A stretch of DNA of 6,328 nt from a virus (lineage: Duplodnaviria; Heunggongvirae; Uroviricota; Caudoviricetes): IMG/VR virus record IMGVR_UViG_2541047844_000011. One strand, given 5' to 3'. Below the pieces are notes generated by a model. That model saw only the letters and a list, made by a program, of their open reading frames with translations. It did no database searches and was not told where the DNA came from. The position numbers were made by a program, and so were the translations under genes. Shown piece by piece: positions 1 through 6,328 of the stretch. Within the stretch, counting starts at the first letter, position 1; every line of letters starts with the position of its first letter.

Positions 1-3667
<3,667 letters not shown>

Positions 3668-3686
3668 ATTTTAAAACCCAAATTCG

Positions 3687-3714
3687 GGCACCAGAAATGG
3701 TGCCTTTTTTATTT
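3687..3714 (+). terminator. Rho-independent terminator-like hairpin downstream of J
   Basis: ggcacc (3687..3692), loop agaaat, ggtgcc (3699..3704), followed by tttttt at 3705..3710 and then attt. It begins 20 nt after the J stop. Confidence 0.6.
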
Positions 3715-3725
3715 GTGGAGTGAAT

Positions 3726-5747
3726 ATGGCAGTACAGATTTCAGGTGTGCTGAAAGACGGTGCAGGAAAACCGATACAGAACTGCACCATTCAGCTCAAA
3801 GCAAAACGTAACAGCACCACAGTTGTGGTGAACACGGTGGCCTCAGAAAATCCGGATGAAGCCGGACGTTACAGCATGGATGTTGAGTATGGCCAGTACA
3901 GCGTCGCCCTGCTGGTTGAAGGTTTTCCGCCTTCACATGCCGGGACCATCACCGTGTATGAGGATTCTAAGCCGGGGACATTGAATGATTTTCTGGGCGC
4001 TGCAACAGAAGATGATGTTTGTCCGGAGGCACTGTATCGTTTTGAAAAGATGGTGGAAGAGGCGGCACGCAACGCTGAAGCCGCCTCTCAGAGCGCAGCG
4101 GCAGCAAAGAAATCAGAAACAGCAGCGGCATCGTCCAGGAACGCGGCGAAAACATCAGAGACGAATGCAGGTAACAGCGCGAAAGCGGCAGCTTCTTCAA
4201 AAACAGCCGCACAAAACGCAGCAACAGCGGCAGAACGTTCAGAGACAAATGCCCGTGCGTCAGAAGAAGCCTCCGCAGACAGTGAAGAGGCTTCCCGCCG
4301 TAATGCAGAGTCAGCCGCTGAAAATGCCGGAGTCGCCACCACAAAAGCGCGGGAGGCCGCAGCAGACGCAACAAAGGCCGGGCAGAAAAAGGATGAGGCT
4401 CTGTCGGCAGCGACACGAGCTGAAAAGGCGGCAGACCGCGCAGAAGCCGCAGCGGAAGTGACTGCAGAGCCCTGTGCGAATATAGTGCCGCCGCTGCCTG
4501 ATGTGTGGATACCGTTTAACGATTCACTGGATATGATTACGGGTTTTTCGCCATCTTATAAAAAGATAGTTATTGGTGACGATGAAATAACAATGCCAGG
4601 CGACAAGATTGTTAAGTTTAAACGTGCTTCAACAGCAACGTATATTAATAAGTCCGGCCAACTCAAGCTTGCTGAAGTTGACGAACCGCGATTTGAGCGC
4701 GATGGCTTATTGATTGAAGGACAGAGGACAAATTATCTGAGGAACTCAAATAAACCAGACTCATGGACTGTTCATTCCGCACTGAATAAAACATTTGGCA
4801 CTGATAAACAGGGGTTCAATTATGCCACGGTGACACCCACGGAAAGTATAGTGGGAACAACAGGTGGCTATACTGTGCATGGTGTGGTTGCAGCAGACAG
4901 ATTCCCGCTGGCAAGTGGTGAATGTTTCACTTTTTCGTGCCGGGTTAAAGGCGCTAAAGCACGATGCAGGTTAAGAGTTTCAGTTATTATTGGTGGAACA
5001 GATACCTTCTCTGCTGACTCTTATCTTGATCTGGATACCCGGATCGCAACAGTAAGCGGTAATACATCCCTTATAACAGCCAAAGCTGAACAACAGGGCG
5101 AGTGGACCTACTATGAGGCCACTTATACAGCTAATACGGACATTGATACCGTTAACTGTGCTTTTTATATGACAAATAAAATAAGTAATGAGCCATTCTA
5201 TGATGACTCAACATTAACCATGACGACGCCGCAAATTGAACTGGGCAATACGGCATCGTCATTTATTGTAACTACAATGCCAACAACACGCGCAAGTGAT
5301 GTAGTTACTATCCCATCGCAGAATAACCTGTCAACACGGCCTTTTACGGTATTGTGCGAAGTAAGCAGGAACTGGAGTACACCGCCCAATGTTGCGCCAA
5401 GGATATTTGATGTTGGAGGGCACAGTATTGATGATAATTATTTATCGCTGGGGTTTGTTGCAACAGGAAAGATAAGCGCCAACGTAGGAATGGTTCAGCC
5501 ACAAATTGCCTCAGATGGAGAAAGGTTCATTGTGGGTGTGAGAGCTAAATCTGATTTATCAGTAAATGCAATATGCAATGGTAATTATACAACAAACCTT
5601 AATGGTAAAATATTTGGAGTTACAGCAACATCGTACCGGTTTGGTGGGCAGACCGCAGCAGGAACGCGTCATTTGTTTGGACACATCAGAAATTTCAGAG
5701 TCTGGTTTAAAGAATTAAATGACAGGCAAATCAAGGAGGCAGTATGA
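3726..5747 (+). CDS. stf: Side tail fibre protein: lambda Stf-like N-terminal domain and Ala/Ser-rich repeat shaft with a non-lambda, low-GC C-terminal distal module (673 aa from ATG 3726)
   Basis: GGAG at 3717..3720 precedes ATG 3726. The N-terminus (MAVQISGVLKDGAGKPIQNCTIQLKAKRNSTTVVVNTVASENPDEAGRYSMDVEYGQYSVALLVEGFPPSHAGTITVYEDSKPGTLNDFL) closely matches the lambda Stf (orf-401) N-terminus from memory. It is followed by degenerate Ala/Ser-rich repeats (KTSETNAGNS..., ERSETNARAS...) as in lambda Stf. From about nt 4470 (aa ~250, ...AEPCANIVPPLPDVWIPFNDS...) composition turns AT-rich and the sequence has no Stf or T4 gp37-like His-rich motifs. The extreme C-terminus (GTRHLFGHIRNFRVWFKELNDRQIKEA) resembles the end of LamG / concanavalin-A-like jelly-roll domains. 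Confidence 0.85.
   Translation: MAVQISGVLKDGAGKPIQNCTIQLKAKRNSTTVVVNTVASENPDEAGRYSMDVEYGQYSVALLVEGFPPSHAGTITVYEDSKPGTLNDFLGAATEDDVCPEALYRFEKMVEEAARNAEAASQSAAAAKKSETAAASSRNAAKTSETNAGNSAKAAASSKTAAQNAATAAERSETNARASEEASADSEEASRRNAESAAENAGVATTKAREAAADATKAGQKKDEALSAATRAEKAADRAEAAAEVTAEPCANIVPPLPDVWIPFNDSLDMITGFSPSYKKIVIGDDEITMPGDKIVKFKRASTATYINKSGQLKLAEVDEPRFERDGLLIEGQRTNYLRNSNKPDSWTVHSALNKTFGTDKQGFNYATVTPTESIVGTTGGYTVHGVVAADRFPLASGECFTFSCRVKGAKARCRLRVSVIIGGTDTFSADSYLDLDTRIATVSGNTSLITAKAEQQGEWTYYEATYTANTDIDTVNCAFYMTNKISNEPFYDDSTLTMTTPQIELGNTASSFIVTTMPTTRASDVVTIPSQNNLSTRPFTVLCEVSRNWSTPPNVAPRIFDVGGHSIDDNYLSLGFVATGKISANVGMVQPQIASDGERFIVGVRAKSDLSVNAICNGNYTTNLNGKIFGVTATSYRFGGQTAAGTRHLFGHIRNFRVWFKELNDRQIKEAV
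4080..4470 (+). repeat. Low-complexity Ala/Ser/Glu/Thr-rich coding repeats within the tail fibre shaft
   Basis: Recurring nucleotide motifs (gcagcggcagc; tcagagacgaatgc at 4156..4169 and tcagagacaaatgc at 4239..4252) encode degenerate peptide repeats. The region is open in several frames on both strands, which accounts for the overlapping ORFs in the six-frame track. Confidence 0.5.
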
Positions 5748-6022
5748 AAGATTTAACTTTGAAATTTCCTGGTAACAGAGAGTTTAAATCCTTCCTGTCA
5801 TCTCTTGACTGGGAGGAGGATGAAGACCTCCAGAATAAACTGTTAGTCGATGAAATTGGTTTCACCTACACAGAAACAGGGGTAACAGAAGAGGGAGAAC
5901 CTGTCTGTGTCCGGAATGACGGTTATTTTGTCAACATTCGCATTCTTGATGACTTGTTTGATGTTTCTGTATTCTCTGATTATGTCGTGGAGCTGGAAAC
6001 ACCGCTTCGGGAATGGAGCTGA
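5744..6022 (+). CDS. Hypothetical small acidic protein (92 aa), translationally coupled to the tail fibre gene
   Basis: The ATG at 5744 overlaps the fibre stop at 5745..5747 (ATGA), and a strong SD (aaggagg, 5733..5739) sits 4 nt upstream. The product has about 22 Asp/Glu against 8 Lys/Arg, including a DWEEDEDLQ run. It is AT-rich like the fibre C-terminal module. I do not recognise a homolog. Confidence 0.7.
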   Translation: MKDLTLKFPGNREFKSFLSSLDWEEDEDLQNKLLVDEIGFTYTETGVTEEGEPVCVRNDGYFVNIRILDDLFDVSVFSDYVVELETPLREWS

Positions 6023-6034
6023 AAGGAGGAAATA

Positions 6035-6328
6035 ATGGATATAAGCCCCTTACTTCATGCACTTTGTGCTGTGGCTGCGCAGATACTGGTTGGTCTTTTT
6101 ACCGGAAACTGGGCTTACGGAGCGATAGCCGGTTGTACGTTCTTCATTGCGCGTGAACATACCCAGGCAGAATATCGCTGGATTGAAATGTTCGGGCATG
6201 GCAAGCGAATGAATATGCCGTGGTGGGGCGGTTTTGATCCGCGAGCTTGGGATGTGGCAAGCCTGATGGATTTTGCTGTGCCGGTGGTGGCGTGTCTGCT
6301 GGTCTGGCTGTTGGTTAATCGTGGGTGA
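6035..6328 (+). CDS. Hypothetical small integral membrane protein (97 aa, 2-3 predicted transmembrane helices)
   Basis: A strong SD (aaggagga, 6023..6030) precedes the ATG at 6035, 12 nt after the upstream stop; the TGA falls at 6326..6328. Hydrophobic segments are LLHALCAVAAQILVGLFTG, WAYGAIAGCTFFIA and FAVPVVACLLVWLLV, with a Trp/charged-rich loop (EYRWIEMFGHGKRMNMPWWGGFDPRAWD). There is no lipobox and no signal-peptide-like positive N-region. I do not recognise a homolog. Confidence 0.65.
   Translation: MDISPLLHALCAVAAQILVGLFTGNWAYGAIAGCTFFIAREHTQAEYRWIEMFGHGKRMNMPWWGGFDPRAWDVASLMDFAVPVVACLLVWLLVNRG

Noticed and set aside
3720-3725. GTG at 3720 as the tail fibre start (as used by the ORF track, giving MNMAV...)
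   Set aside because: The ATG at 3726 gives an MAVQISG... N-terminus that matches lambda Stf and has a better-spaced GGAG at 3717..3720. The GTG would overlap the SD.
3668-3725. lom or cor-like outer-membrane gene between J and stf
   Set aside because: The spacer is only 58 nt and cannot hold a gene. The 97-aa membrane protein at 6035..6328 has no lipobox, so it is not Cor-like, and it is far too small and helical to be Lom.
3869-4461. ORFs 3985..4461 (+, 158 aa), 3967..4416 (-), 4088..4342 (-) and 3869..4072 (-) within the tail fibre gene
   Set aside because: They are alternative frames of the Ala/Ser-rich repetitive shaft region. Their products are extreme low-complexity (Arg/Gln/Lys-rich or Ala-rich), and the fibre frame has clear Stf homology.
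5198-5389. 63-aa minus-strand ORF inside the fibre C-terminal module
   Set aside because: Antisense to the fibre CDS, no RBS, short.
5744-6328. Tail fibre assembly chaperone Tfa downstream of the fibre
   Set aside because: Neither small ORF has the size (~190 aa) or sequence character of Tfa. The fibre tip is also not gp37/Stf-like, so a Tfa is not expected.
3726-6328. Diversity-generating retroelement or invertible-segment (Gin/Pin-type) fibre variation system
   Set aside because: No reverse transcriptase, no template or variable repeat pair, no flanking inverted repeats or recombinase, and no minus-strand alternative fibre C-termini in the window.

Overview
This window is the distal tail region of a lambda-like (lambdoid) phage or prophage, with all genes on the + strand. 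It holds a complete host-specificity protein J gene (185..3667), a Stf-like side tail fibre gene (3726..5747), and two small tightly coupled genes of unknown function (5744..6022 acidic protein; 6035..6328 small membrane protein). The first 94 bp are a diverged second copy of an internal J segment (J 2522..2615), fused to what I recognise from memory as the 3' end of tail assembly gene I. Lambda's lom and tfa are absent, and the fibre's C-terminal half plus the two small genes form a low-GC module that looks separately acquired. That module is my best candidate for an undescribed accessory system. No RNA genes, CRISPR arrays or transposase-like elements were seen. All homology statements rest on recollection of lambda proteins and on reading the sequence; no database search was run.
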